A stretch of 64,000 bases of DNA from contig OY781964.1 of assembly GCA_963677485.1 (NCBI GenBank), positions 2,912,001-2,976,000 of the forward strand, in the 5' to 3' direction. A model generated the notes under the pieces. It searched no databases, had not been told where the DNA came from, and saw only the letters and a list, made by a program, of their open reading frames with translations. Made by a program: the position numbers and the translations under genes. Positions 51,251 through 60,401 of the stretch are shown in pieces (position 1 is the first letter of the stretch; each line of letters starts with the position of its first letter). Source of the DNA: Armatimonadota bacterium (GTDB lineage: Bacteria > Armatimonadota > HRBIN16).

Positions 51251-54001
51251 TTAATGGAGTATGGTTGATATCTCATCCGTGATCTTCAACACCGATTTAT
51301 AATTGCGCGAACGATATTCCTTCAAAGCTGCAGAGAACTTGCGCTGCAGCGGTTCCAGTTGGGCATTGTCTGGCGTCTTAGTTGCCGCCAGTTGAAGGCG
51401 CGCATACATGCATGAGAGCTGGTTGCCGGCTTGCCTCTGCTGCTGGACTGCAATATGTGTGGAGGCCGGTTCCATTCGCGTGAGGGTGAGACGAATGTGG
51501 CTCTGAGAAGCCATGGTCACAGGGTTCCCCGCCGCCAGTTGCACATTTGTGTAGATCGCAGCATGGGCCTTTCCCTGCAATTCCTGGGTCTCCAACCTGT
51601 ACTTCCCTGCCGATAAATGCTTGAACATAATTTCAGTTTTGCGCTTCTCTGAGCTTGGGTTGAAAACCACAAAGTGCCTGGTTGCGCCTGATACTGCATC
51701 ATCATACCCATCTAGTGCATCTAGATTCAGAACCATGATGTTGCGGTCATCAACTTCTGCGAGTGCCTCATAAAGCCAGTAATTCCACATCGACATACCG
51801 GACATATAAGCGGCAGTGTTGCCTCGGTGCCCCCCGTTTCCTTCAAGGCTGTAGAACGGTTCAATTGGGAAATACTGTCCAATTCCAGCCTGCCTGTTGC
51901 CAAGCACTGTGTCACTGCAAGCCGCCGGATAGAAATAGAATGAGTTGATGCGATTCAGGTTAGTGAGTTTGAGCAGCAGGTTATAGATGGGGTTCGTCGT
52001 GTCGTGCTTGAGCAGGGAGGTCATGCAGAGATTTGCCTCTGTGGTCTCCCATGGTGTTGCGACGTGGGCTCCCCCATGAGGATAGAACAATCCCGCATTG
52101 CGAAGTTCGCGGCTGATGGGGTCAGTCTCGTCTTCATACCAGAATGTCACACGTAGAAGGGTGTTCGCGAAATCCCTCGAGTAGCGCAGATATCTGCTGT
52201 CCCCGGTGGCTTTATAGACATCGTATGCCGCGACTGCTCCATATGCGTTCCCGAATAACTCGGTGATAGGGAACTCAACCGGATTGGTGTATTCGCGATT
52301 ATATATTGCATTTTTGACGGTGTATCGCATGGCCGTCAAGAGATTTTTGATACTGGCGGCGGCCTCATTTCGGTACAGACTATCGCCGGAGAGCCGATAA
52401 GCCCGCATCATCACGTAGGCATAAGATCCTACCTGCCACGGTTCGCGTACCATGCCCAGCTTTGGCACGTCGTTCTGCACGAGGGGCATTAGTTTATATG
52501 GATCGAACCATTGCGGGAAAACATAGTCGACTTTGTGTGCATAGTCGATGAGATGGCGTGCTGAGATCAGGAACCGTCCGGCAACTGCGGGGTTCACATC
52601 TCCTGCCGGTGTGGCATCGATGGCGCGTGCTGTTTCTATATGGAAGAACAGGTTCTGCCAGGTCATTTCCAAATCTCCGACATGCTCAGGCTGACGCGTG
52701 CCCCACCGAATCATGCCTGCCTTGGGATCAAAGAACCGCTCCAGACCGTCCACCTTGAGCTTCAGTAGTTCCTGCTGTTTCTTGTCAGGATTGATCCGGG
52801 AATACAGTTCCCATGCAGACAGGTGGTTGTTGACCGTGGAGAAGTCCCATTCATTTTGTATTCTTGGGGCAGATGAGATATGCCCGGGATGAACTACCAT
52901 CTCAGAGGATGGTTCCACCAGGCTCAATGGCCCGTCGGTCCATGGTGCCTTGAGATGAGAGAAGGTACTACCATCCACCATCAAATCGTTAATCGTTTTG
53001 CGTGCGAACTGTGTCCAAGAAACCTGCCCTCCGTCGGCGTAGTTTCGCGGGAAAACTGATGTCGCCGGATGCAGCGGAGCGCACACGCGGACCATCGTGT
53101 CCAGTGCTTGAAGTGATGTCGGTCGCTCGGGACGGGCACCGGAGTACAAGTGGAACTTCACCACCATATCCCCGGATCGTATCCGACTGCCAGACAGCTT
53201 ATCGCTATGCATACCCAGCCCGGTTTTGCCCTCTACGGTCCGTGTGCCCACGTGTAAGTCGAAAAAACGCTGAATGCCGTCGGCGGCCATCCAGGTTGCC
53301 GGGGTCATGTCGAAAAAGACCATGGCCTCTGTGCCTTTGTGCCAGAGATACGCTGCCGGAAAGCCCAAATTGTGGGGTATCCCCAAAGAGCCATATATGC
53401 TCTCCGGTCCCTGATCGACTACTACCTCAGGTTTTGTTTCTGTCATCCATAGAGCCACTGATGGCTGGGGGTTCGGCAGGATCATATCTGCAGGCAGGTG
53501 ACAAGTGATGTTAAAGCTGATCATAGGCGTATCCGAATTGGTCTCAACCAGCATATCCCAGTTATAGTTGGGATTCGTATGAACCCCGCTCAACATGACC
53601 GCTTTGGAAACTTTCGTATTCCGCACAACCTTCGCCTCGCTGGGAATGAGGTTGAAAGAGGAGCCAGTGACTATGGGAGCCGATGTGCCGAAGAAGGGTT
53701 CCCATCGGTCCCCGTGGCGAATGCTTGTTGAGTTTATATAACGATTGCTGGCGTCGCGGGCAAATGTAACCCGCTGCGATTCATTTCCCATTGTGATTGA
53801 GTTTGGAGTAGAGTTCAGAAATAGATCGTGCTGTCCGGCCATGGTTGGTTGGGGAAACAGACCAGCAAGCATCAAGATCATGAACATCATTATAGTGAAC
53901 ATGGTCGAGGTAAAACGTCGCAAGTGCTTATAAGTTCTCTCAAGGAACATGGGTTGACATATACGATTAGTGCCGGCCTGTTTCATATTGGGAATATACA
54001 T
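51251..54001 (-). CDS. Large exported hypothetical protein, possibly an (alpha/alpha)-barrel glycosidase or lyase; start uncertain
   Basis: 916-aa ORF; hydrophobic signal-like stretch; repeats AYRLSGDSLYRNEA and VYKATGDSRYLRYS typical of six-hairpin folds. Confidence 0.6.
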   Translation of the reverse strand: MYIPNMKQAGTNRICQPMFLERTYKHLRRFTSTMFTIMMFMILMLAGLFPQPTMAGQHDLFLNSTPNSITMGNESQRVTFARDASNRYINSTSIRHGDRWEPFFGTSAPIVTGSSFNLIPSEAKVVRNTKVSKAVMLSGVHTNPNYNWDMLVETNSDTPMISFNITCHLPADMILPNPQPSVALWMTETKPEVVVDQGPESIYGSLGIPHNLGFPAAYLWHKGTEAMVFFDMTPATWMAADGIQRFFDLHVGTRTVEGKTGLGMHSDKLSGSRIRSGDMVVKFHLYSGARPERPTSLQALDTMVRVCAPLHPATSVFPRNYADGGQVSWTQFARKTINDLMVDGSTFSHLKAPWTDGPLSLVEPSSEMVVHPGHISSAPRIQNEWDFSTVNNHLSAWELYSRINPDKKQQELLKLKVDGLERFFDPKAGMIRWGTRQPEHVGDLEMTWQNLFFHIETARAIDATPAGDVNPAVAGRFLISARHLIDYAHKVDYVFPQWFDPYKLMPLVQNDVPKLGMVREPWQVGSYAYVMMRAYRLSGDSLYRNEAAASIKNLLTAMRYTVKNAIYNREYTNPVEFPITELFGNAYGAVAAYDVYKATGDSRYLRYSRDFANTLLRVTFWYEDETDPISRELRNAGLFYPHGGAHVATPWETTEANLCMTSLLKHDTTNPIYNLLLKLTNLNRINSFYFYPAACSDTVLGNRQAGIGQYFPIEPFYSLEGNGGHRGNTAAYMSGMSMWNYWLYEALAEVDDRNIMVLNLDALDGYDDAVSGATRHFVVFNPSSEKRKTEIMFKHLSAGKYRLETQELQGKAHAAIYTNVQLAAGNPVTMASQSHIRLTLTRMEPASTHIAVQQQRQAGNQLSCMYARLQLAATKTPDNAQLEPLQRKFSAALKEYRSRNYKSVLKITDEISTILH

Positions 54002-54027
54002 ATCTTCTTCTCCATCAATTCAAAAGG

Positions 54028-54056
54028 GGAAGCCCACGGCCTTGCTGTGGGCTTCC
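54028..54056 (-). terminator. Terminator-like hairpin just upstream of the 51251-54001 gene
   Basis: GGAAGCCCAC-GGCCTTGCT-GTGGGCTTCC, followed on the minus strand by CCTTTTG. Confidence 0.5.
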
Positions 54057-54300
54057 ATAGCTTAACGCATACACGCTGGGAGTGCAAATATCATGTGGTA
54101 TATGGCCAAGTATTATCGCCATGTTCTATTCGGTCAGATCGAGATGAAAGTTGGCAAGGTGCTGGTTGGTTTAGCCCGGAACGATGCATGGCTGCTTACC
54201 GCTCTATGTCAGTCTATTACCCACAAATATAACTGAAGTACCGCCAGGCGCTAAAGCACAAGGCTATTGACCTACAAATATTGCATGGCCAGTAGGTCAC

Positions 54301-54595
54301 CGATTCCGCGACACAAATGTCTCGGCTATTGACCTACCAAGCACCCGCCCGTGCATGCCCGGCAGCCCAGGCTGTAACTGATACGGTCGTAGGGGCGTCC
54401 CTTGTGGGCGCCCTAAAACCAAAACTATCGAATCAACAACGATTAGGGCGCCCACAAGGGACGCCCCTACGACCAGCTATATAAAAGCATGCTGAAGCAG
54501 TCTGCATTTACGTTATTACCATCGGCATATGGTTCCGGCAGCCCGATTCATCGGGCTTGATGACCAATAGCCGAGACATTTATGTCGCGGAATCA
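54301..54595. repeat. Family D inverted pair enclosing a perfect GTAG REP inverted pair (54386-54473)
   Basis: GATTCCGCGACACAAATGTCTCGGCTATTG...CAATAGCCGAGACATTTATGTCGCGGAATC; inside GTAGGGGCGTCCCTTGTGGGCGCCC...GGGCGCCCACAAGGGACGCCCCTAC. Confidence 0.85.
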
Positions 54596-54686
54596 GTGAC
54601 CGAATAGTTAGGCGATATTTATGGGCACTTAACTGTGCTCACTGGCGATGGAGGTGGATGTTTTCATGGCCATATGCAGCCCGCCC

Positions 54687-56669
54687 CTACCGGTCGCCTA
54701 AGGCCTCCTTCACCAGAGCCAGCTTCTTGGCGATCTCCGCCAGGTCCACCAGCATCAACGGACTGCTGGCCTTGGAGGGGTCGGTGAGGGTGATATAGCC
54801 CCTGGGTTGGCCATCCAGGCTGTAGCATAGTGCTCCCTGGTCATCGTTGCGGTCGATCGTCCCGGTGAATGGGTATTCGGCTGGCTGTAACGCCGTATGA
54901 CTGGTAAAAACTTGCATCATTTTGCCGTCTGCCATTGAGGCGTCCACACCATATAGCTTTTCTCCGGGTGTCACTGGCTGGCAATCCGTCAAGTCGATAG
55001 CCTTCATTGGTCTAATTGGCAGTTTCCTCAACTTGCCGATGGACAAACCGAGCCTTTCGGAGGTGAACACGGTGGCGATGGCGCCGATCTGGCCTTGGTC
55101 GTCCACAATAGCCGAATCGAATTCAGTGCTGAGGAAGTTACTGCGCATCTGTTGTGGTGAGGTATCTGCTGCAGGGTGGGTGGTTTTGTTATCATCAAAC
55201 CATCCCGTATGAGGCAGCACGAAATAGCCCGACCCATCGATGCAGACCGCTGAGCATATCACATCACCAAAAGGTTCCTTTTCTGAGTCTAGAAATCCCC
55301 AGTTACGGATATTGTGTGGTATCCTGGCGACAGCCGACGGAGATGTTTGTCTGCGCTTGTCCTTAGCCATGCTCAGCTGAATTCCCGGCATCAGGTTTTG
55401 TAGACGCTTCACCGCCGTGCTGGCTCCATTGTATGCAAAAGTGTAGGAAGCATTAACATCAGACTGCATCATCAATGCTGCCGCACGCCCATCACTGTTA
55501 AAGAGGATACCGGACGCCACCGAACCCACTACTATGCGATCGGGATAGGACGGATCGTGACCATCAACTACACCACTGTTCACGTTTGATGGCATGCAGC
55601 CATAAACAGTCTCGCCGACCTGTGGCAGTTCGTCTACCTGCCAAGTAATCGGTGTCAATGGTTTCTTCAGCGGGGCGACGGGTGACAGCACTGCCATGTT
55701 TCCGCCCTTTTCTATCTTCTTCCAACGCATCTGGCACTTGGTACCGTTGGTCAGTGTGGCTTTAGCCGGTTGGGAGCCAGGCCGTGATGCCTTCTCCAGC
55801 ATCTTTGAAGGCATTATTACCAGCACATCGCCTGATGGAGTGAGTGCGTAATAATCGGTGTTTTCGTAGCGATTCTCTTCAGACTCGTATCTGAGTGTGC
55901 CCATGCTGTTCTTGTTTGCATCATATACGCGCTGATATATGGGGTCCACCGGCTCCTTGATGTCCACAACAGGCTTCACACGAACACCGGTATTACTCGA
56001 TATGAAATTCCAAAGACGATCATCAAGTGTCCATACAGAGACGCCGCTGGAGGTCTCCTGACCGCTCCATGCTATGAACTGCCCGGTTAGCGCACTGAAT
56101 ACCAGGTGCATCGGGTTGTATATGTCGTAAGGTACCGATTTGCCAAAAACACCAGACACTGCTTTTTGGTTGACCACGTAATCCTTGGACTCCTCAGACC
56201 TTATGACTGACAACACGTGCAAACCTAGTGGTAAGTGACAGGGCTGGGAGATATCTATATAAGGCAGTGGACCGATTGGTTCGGCAGGTACCAGGATGCT
56301 TAAGTAGGCAGCAGGATCATAGGCTTTCAGCCGGTATTCGATGCTTCGGCCATCGGCCATTTGTATAAAGGGCTGACCTGTGAAGGTGGTCTTTTGGGGA
56401 TCGCTTACCTGGCTCCAAGCCAGTCTGGCATCGCATTTCCCCTGCAGCATCACCGCACCTTCAGGTGATATGATTACCCCGATGTTTTTGTATTTGTAGC
56501 TCTGGTCCTTGTTGAACTCATTCCATTTCAAGGTCATAGTGACCAGCACCACGCACTGGTCAACCTGCTTCTGAACTCGGCTGAGCACGTCGTCTGAGAC
56601 GGGATCCGCAGAGCAGGTTCGAATGCCGAGGGTCAGCAAGCAAATGGCCGCTAATAGTAGCCGCTTCAT
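54687..56669 (-). CDS. Secreted protein with three degenerate trypsin-like repeats (paralog A)
   Basis: Signal peptide; IGVIISPEGAVM, YALTPSGDVLV, SAVCIDGSGYFVL; ends LVKEALGDR. Confidence 0.55.
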   Translation of the reverse strand: MKRLLLAAICLLTLGIRTCSADPVSDDVLSRVQKQVDQCVVLVTMTLKWNEFNKDQSYKYKNIGVIISPEGAVMLQGKCDARLAWSQVSDPQKTTFTGQPFIQMADGRSIEYRLKAYDPAAYLSILVPAEPIGPLPYIDISQPCHLPLGLHVLSVIRSEESKDYVVNQKAVSGVFGKSVPYDIYNPMHLVFSALTGQFIAWSGQETSSGVSVWTLDDRLWNFISSNTGVRVKPVVDIKEPVDPIYQRVYDANKNSMGTLRYESEENRYENTDYYALTPSGDVLVIMPSKMLEKASRPGSQPAKATLTNGTKCQMRWKKIEKGGNMAVLSPVAPLKKPLTPITWQVDELPQVGETVYGCMPSNVNSGVVDGHDPSYPDRIVVGSVASGILFNSDGRAAALMMQSDVNASYTFAYNGASTAVKRLQNLMPGIQLSMAKDKRRQTSPSAVARIPHNIRNWGFLDSEKEPFGDVICSAVCIDGSGYFVLPHTGWFDDNKTTHPAADTSPQQMRSNFLSTEFDSAIVDDQGQIGAIATVFTSERLGLSIGKLRKLPIRPMKAIDLTDCQPVTPGEKLYGVDASMADGKMMQVFTSHTALQPAEYPFTGTIDRNDDQGALCYSLDGQPRGYITLTDPSKASSPLMLVDLAEIAKKLALVKEALGDR

Positions 56670-56699
56670 ATCAGTTTCCTCCGTTGATGCTCATGGTTT

Positions 56700-56882
56700 G
56701 GACACGGCACGCCGTGCATCAGGACGGGACACGGCACGCCGTGCATCAGGACGGGACACGGCACGCCGTGCATCAGGGCGGTGACACAGCACGCCGTGCA
56801 TCAGGGCGGTGACACAGCGCGCCGTGCACCAGGGCGGGGACACGGCACTCCGTGCACCAGGGCGGGGAGACCCCGCCCCTAC
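56700..56882. repeat. Six tandem 27-28-bp REP-derived units ending in a GTAG REP
   Basis: GGACACGGCACGCCGTGCATCAGG(A/G)CG x3, three 28-bp variants, then GGGCGGGGAGACCCCGCCCCTAC. Confidence 0.9.
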
Positions 56883-58843
56883 CGATCGCCTAAGGCCTTC
56901 TTGACATATGCCAGACTCTTATCGATTTCCGCCATGTCAACCAAAACCGACTTCTGGTGGTTCGTTAATGATGTGACCCTGGATCCATATCCTCGCAGAG
57001 TTCCGTCTGAGCTGACCACCAGAAAGGCGGTATCAACACCGTCATCGCCTTGCCCAGGATCAACGATGCGGGCCGCCGGTTTGTATTGCTTTCGGTAGGG
57101 GATCAATCGGCCATCGTATAATGCCACATCAACATTCCATAGCTGTTCGGAGCTGGGGGCGACAAGGCAGTGGGCCAGGCTGACCGCCTTCATCGGGCGC
57201 GTGGGCGGCTTGAGCATTTTGCTGATGGAGATGCCCAGTTTGGGATTGTGGTACACAACCGCTGCTTGACCAGTCGTGCCCGATTCATCACGAATATAGT
57301 CCATATCATCACGACTGTTGAATGCCTTTACGATGTCGCCAGATCGGCTCTCAACCATGTGGTAACTCTTCATTGGCAGCACGAAGTAGCCTGAAGCATC
57401 GATGCATATGGCGGTGCTGTTCCACCCAAGGGGTATTCCTACGTTGATGTTATGGCCGGATTCCCAACCCCATATGCGGTAACCCTGGCTCAGTGCCGTC
57501 ATGACAGGGGCCACCGTGTTCTGCTGATTAACCTTGACCGTGCTAATCGTTTGGCCAGGCACCAGCGACTGCACATACTTCACACTCTCGGCGGTGCTGG
57601 TCGTCTGCCCAACATACACTCCCCACGCCATCCTGGTCAGTCCCACTGCCCGGCCCTGGCCGTCGAACAGAATGAACGGGGGCCAGTCGCGCACGACAAA
57701 ACGCTCTGGGTAGGCGCGGTCGTGTCCCACCAGCTCTTCGTTACTCACGTCACCATAGTTGCACGCGAAATACCGTCGGTCAATCTGTGGCTGACTGCCT
57801 AAGGCCCACACCACTGGCTTGAGCGGTCGCTGTAAGGGCTTCAACGGGCGCAAGATAGCCAGTTGTTGGGTCTTGTCGACTGCCATCAACTTCATCTTGA
57901 TCTTCTGTCCATCCGGCAGAATGGCGGTCGCTGGCATCTTGTTGACTCTAGGTTTTGCTTCACTCATCTCAAACGGTAGGTTCGTCAGCATATCACCTGC
58001 CAAAGTAAGAACATAGGCAGTGTAGACATCATGTTTGGGGTTATCCTCAAACTGAAATTGCACCTGGCACATGCTATTGCGCAGAGGAGCGTAGGCCCGG
58101 CTATACTGCGGATCGACAGGTCCCTCAACTGCACCGCGGTCGCTGAACTTGATACCGACATATTTTGTAATGAACTGTTTGTTTTGCTGGGACAACTGGG
58201 TGATTTTGGTGTATCCGGATCTGGTGTCGAAGTGGAAGCCGATAAACTCACCCGTACTGGCGCTGAACGCCAGGGCGAGCAGCGTGAGTGGACTGTCGGA
58301 CACTGGAACTTCTGGGTCATTGGTGACAACCGCCTTGTCGATGGTCACCGCGCTGTTATAGTTATCTGTTTGTCGGACATACACGGGCATCCCCATTGGC
58401 ACACGCCAGGTATTGGAGATGTCAAGATATGGCTGATTCTTGAGGGGCTTCACAGGCGTGATTAGGCTCCAGTGCTGATGACCTGAGCCAGCCACCTGCT
58501 TATATGCCACCCAGCGTCCATTGGCGAGCCGGACTTTTGTTGATTTCCAAAGCTCTCGGTAAGGTTTGTCATATTCGTCTGTGCCGTTGTATAACGGGTA
58601 TCCCCATCCGCCGTATATGATCGCAGTGCCGTCGGATTTGATCACAATCGCAGTATCTGCTCGTTTGTTAAACTCAGGCGTGCCATCGTGCCGAACCATA
58701 CGCGTTTCTTTCACTTGCACCAGGCAGCGGTCGAGTTGCTGCTGCACTCGGTTCCGACCATCGCCTGAAAGTGGCGGAAACGGCTTGTTGCCGCAGCCTG
58801 CGAGCGTCAGCAGGCAAAAAATCGAGATAAGCAGACGGTTCAT
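56879..58843 (-). CDS. Lipoprotein with three degenerate trypsin-like repeats (paralog B)
   Basis: Lipobox LAGC; TAIVIKSDGTAI, YVLTLAGDML, TAICIDASGYFVLP; ends YVKKALGDR. Confidence 0.55.
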   Translation of the reverse strand: MNRLLISIFCLLTLAGCGNKPFPPLSGDGRNRVQQQLDRCLVQVKETRMVRHDGTPEFNKRADTAIVIKSDGTAIIYGGWGYPLYNGTDEYDKPYRELWKSTKVRLANGRWVAYKQVAGSGHQHWSLITPVKPLKNQPYLDISNTWRVPMGMPVYVRQTDNYNSAVTIDKAVVTNDPEVPVSDSPLTLLALAFSASTGEFIGFHFDTRSGYTKITQLSQQNKQFITKYVGIKFSDRGAVEGPVDPQYSRAYAPLRNSMCQVQFQFEDNPKHDVYTAYVLTLAGDMLTNLPFEMSEAKPRVNKMPATAILPDGQKIKMKLMAVDKTQQLAILRPLKPLQRPLKPVVWALGSQPQIDRRYFACNYGDVSNEELVGHDRAYPERFVVRDWPPFILFDGQGRAVGLTRMAWGVYVGQTTSTAESVKYVQSLVPGQTISTVKVNQQNTVAPVMTALSQGYRIWGWESGHNINVGIPLGWNSTAICIDASGYFVLPMKSYHMVESRSGDIVKAFNSRDDMDYIRDESGTTGQAAVVYHNPKLGISISKMLKPPTRPMKAVSLAHCLVAPSSEQLWNVDVALYDGRLIPYRKQYKPAARIVDPGQGDDGVDTAFLVVSSDGTLRGYGSRVTSLTNHQKSVLVDMAEIDKSLAYVKKALGDR

Positions 58844-59020
58844 ACACATCGCCTCCATTGCGATTTTGGCCGAAAATAGTGGCCAAAATATGGTTTATTA
58901 CAGCTTTATTTACAATGATACCACGAATCGATTTTGGATGGTGCCACAGTTGTCGGTAAGCCAGGTCAATGAACCCGTGATAAACTCGTAGATAGAACGG
59001 TGACAAATAGAGGTGACGGC

Positions 59021-59785
59021 ATGAACGCGATAGAGGCAAAACAGCTCGCTCAGTGGATCTACGAAAGCAAGTATATGGTGGCATTGACCGGTGCCGGTAT
59101 ATCGACAGCGGCCGGACTGCCCGACTTCCGGGGCAAAGGCGGGTTATACGAACGCCCAGGTTACGATCCCGAGACGATTTTTGATATCAGGCACTTCCCA
59201 AAGAAGCCCAAACCATTCTTCGACTTCAGCCGTGAGTTGATTGGCATGGTCGGTGACCTGACCCCCACCTTCACACATAAGCTGCTGGCGCGGTGGGAGC
59301 GGGAGGGCAAATTGCATGCACTGCTGACGCAGAACATAGACCCGCTGCATCAGATGGCAGGCAGCACGAACGTGATCAGCCTGCACGGCAACTACTGGAA
59401 CAGTCATTGCTTGAGCTGCAAACAAACCTATACCTACGATCTGCTGGTCAAAATGCTGCTCGAGCAGGATGTGCCTCGCTGCCAATGCGGCGGGTTGATT
59501 AAGCCGGATGTGGTGTTTTTCGGGGAGCAGGTGAGTGAGTTTGAGCCGGCTCTGGCCAAAGTCAAGGCCTGCGATCTTCTTCTAGTGCTGGGCAGCAGCC
59601 TGGTGGTCTACCCGGTGGCCTTGCTGCCCGCCTATGCCAAAGGCAGGGTGGTGGTGGTGAACCTTGGCGATGTGGATATGGCACCAGGTAAGAAGACGAT
59701 GGTGGTGAACGCCGATCTGGACAGCTTCTTCAAGCTTGTGGATGTTGAATTAACCGCGTTGATGGTTCAACAAGCTATGTCATAA
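59021..59785 (+). CDS. cobB: NAD-dependent protein deacylase, Sir2/CobB family
   Basis: LTGAGISTAAGLPDFRG, TQNID, LHGN, Zn-binding Cys pairs, KPDVVFFGE, GSSLVVYPVA. Confidence 0.9.
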   Translation: MNAIEAKQLAQWIYESKYMVALTGAGISTAAGLPDFRGKGGLYERPGYDPETIFDIRHFPKKPKPFFDFSRELIGMVGDLTPTFTHKLLARWEREGKLHALLTQNIDPLHQMAGSTNVISLHGNYWNSHCLSCKQTYTYDLLVKMLLEQDVPRCQCGGLIKPDVVFFGEQVSEFEPALAKVKACDLLLVLGSSLVVYPVALLPAYAKGRVVVVNLGDVDMAPGKKTMVVNADLDSFFKLVDVELTALMVQQAMS

Positions 59786-59827
59786 GCGCACAGGAGTTTT
59801 GGTATGGATAAGGGGCAGGGTAATCTT

Positions 59828-60280
59828 ATGAAAATCGCGACATATGTCGTCGGTATCTTGCTGGTGGTCGTGGTCATTTGGCAGATATCGGCATCCCTGC
59901 ACCAACGATCGGCCATCAGTGACATGAAGCGTTCCACAGCCACGGTGTATCCGCTGCCGCCGCCAGACGATTCGGTTGACGCCGTCTACTACGTCAACAC
60001 CAAATCGGATAAATACCACACGCGGAAATGCCCGATAGCGATAACGGCTGCCGATGCTTACATCAAGCCCGAAGAGGCCGTCCATCAGAGCCAGTATCGT
60101 AAGTGCCCCTATTATTTAGGGGGACGTTCTGTTGGTTCCTCCCAGCAGCAGTCGGATGATGCCGAGTTTAGTGTCGCGAAGACACGGCTGATGATGAGTG
60201 GTGATCAGGATAACCAGCAGGTGATCACAGATATGACCAAGCAGCAGGAAGGCGCCGTCAAACACGGAACCGGCAGGTAG
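59828..60280 (+). CDS. Small membrane-anchored hypothetical protein
   Basis: N-terminal TM helix; YVNTKSDKYHTRKC...YRKCP resembles an Ada-like metal-binding module. Confidence 0.55.
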   Translation: MKIATYVVGILLVVVVIWQISASLHQRSAISDMKRSTATVYPLPPPDDSVDAVYYVNTKSDKYHTRKCPIAITAADAYIKPEEAVHQSQYRKCPYYLGGRSVGSSQQQSDDAEFSVAKTRLMMSGDQDNQQVITDMTKQQEGAVKHGTGR

Positions 60281-60401
60281 GGTCAGTTTTCTGGTGGGGT
60301 GTGGCGTGCCGTGTCTTGGGCGGGGAGACCGCATTTCGCAGCGTGCCGTGTCTTGGGCGGGGTCTCCCCGCCCACATACGCCCCGCCACCAACGGTTCCT
60401 T

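Noticed and set aside
56700-56882. CRISPR array
   Set aside because: The 27-28-bp units are contiguous with no spacers
59021-59785. Sir2 as partner of HerA (Sir2-HerA/Nezha defence)
   Set aside because: It lies 20 kb away, has backbone-like composition, and is a canonical Zn-binding CobB-type deacylase rather than a defence SIR2 NADase
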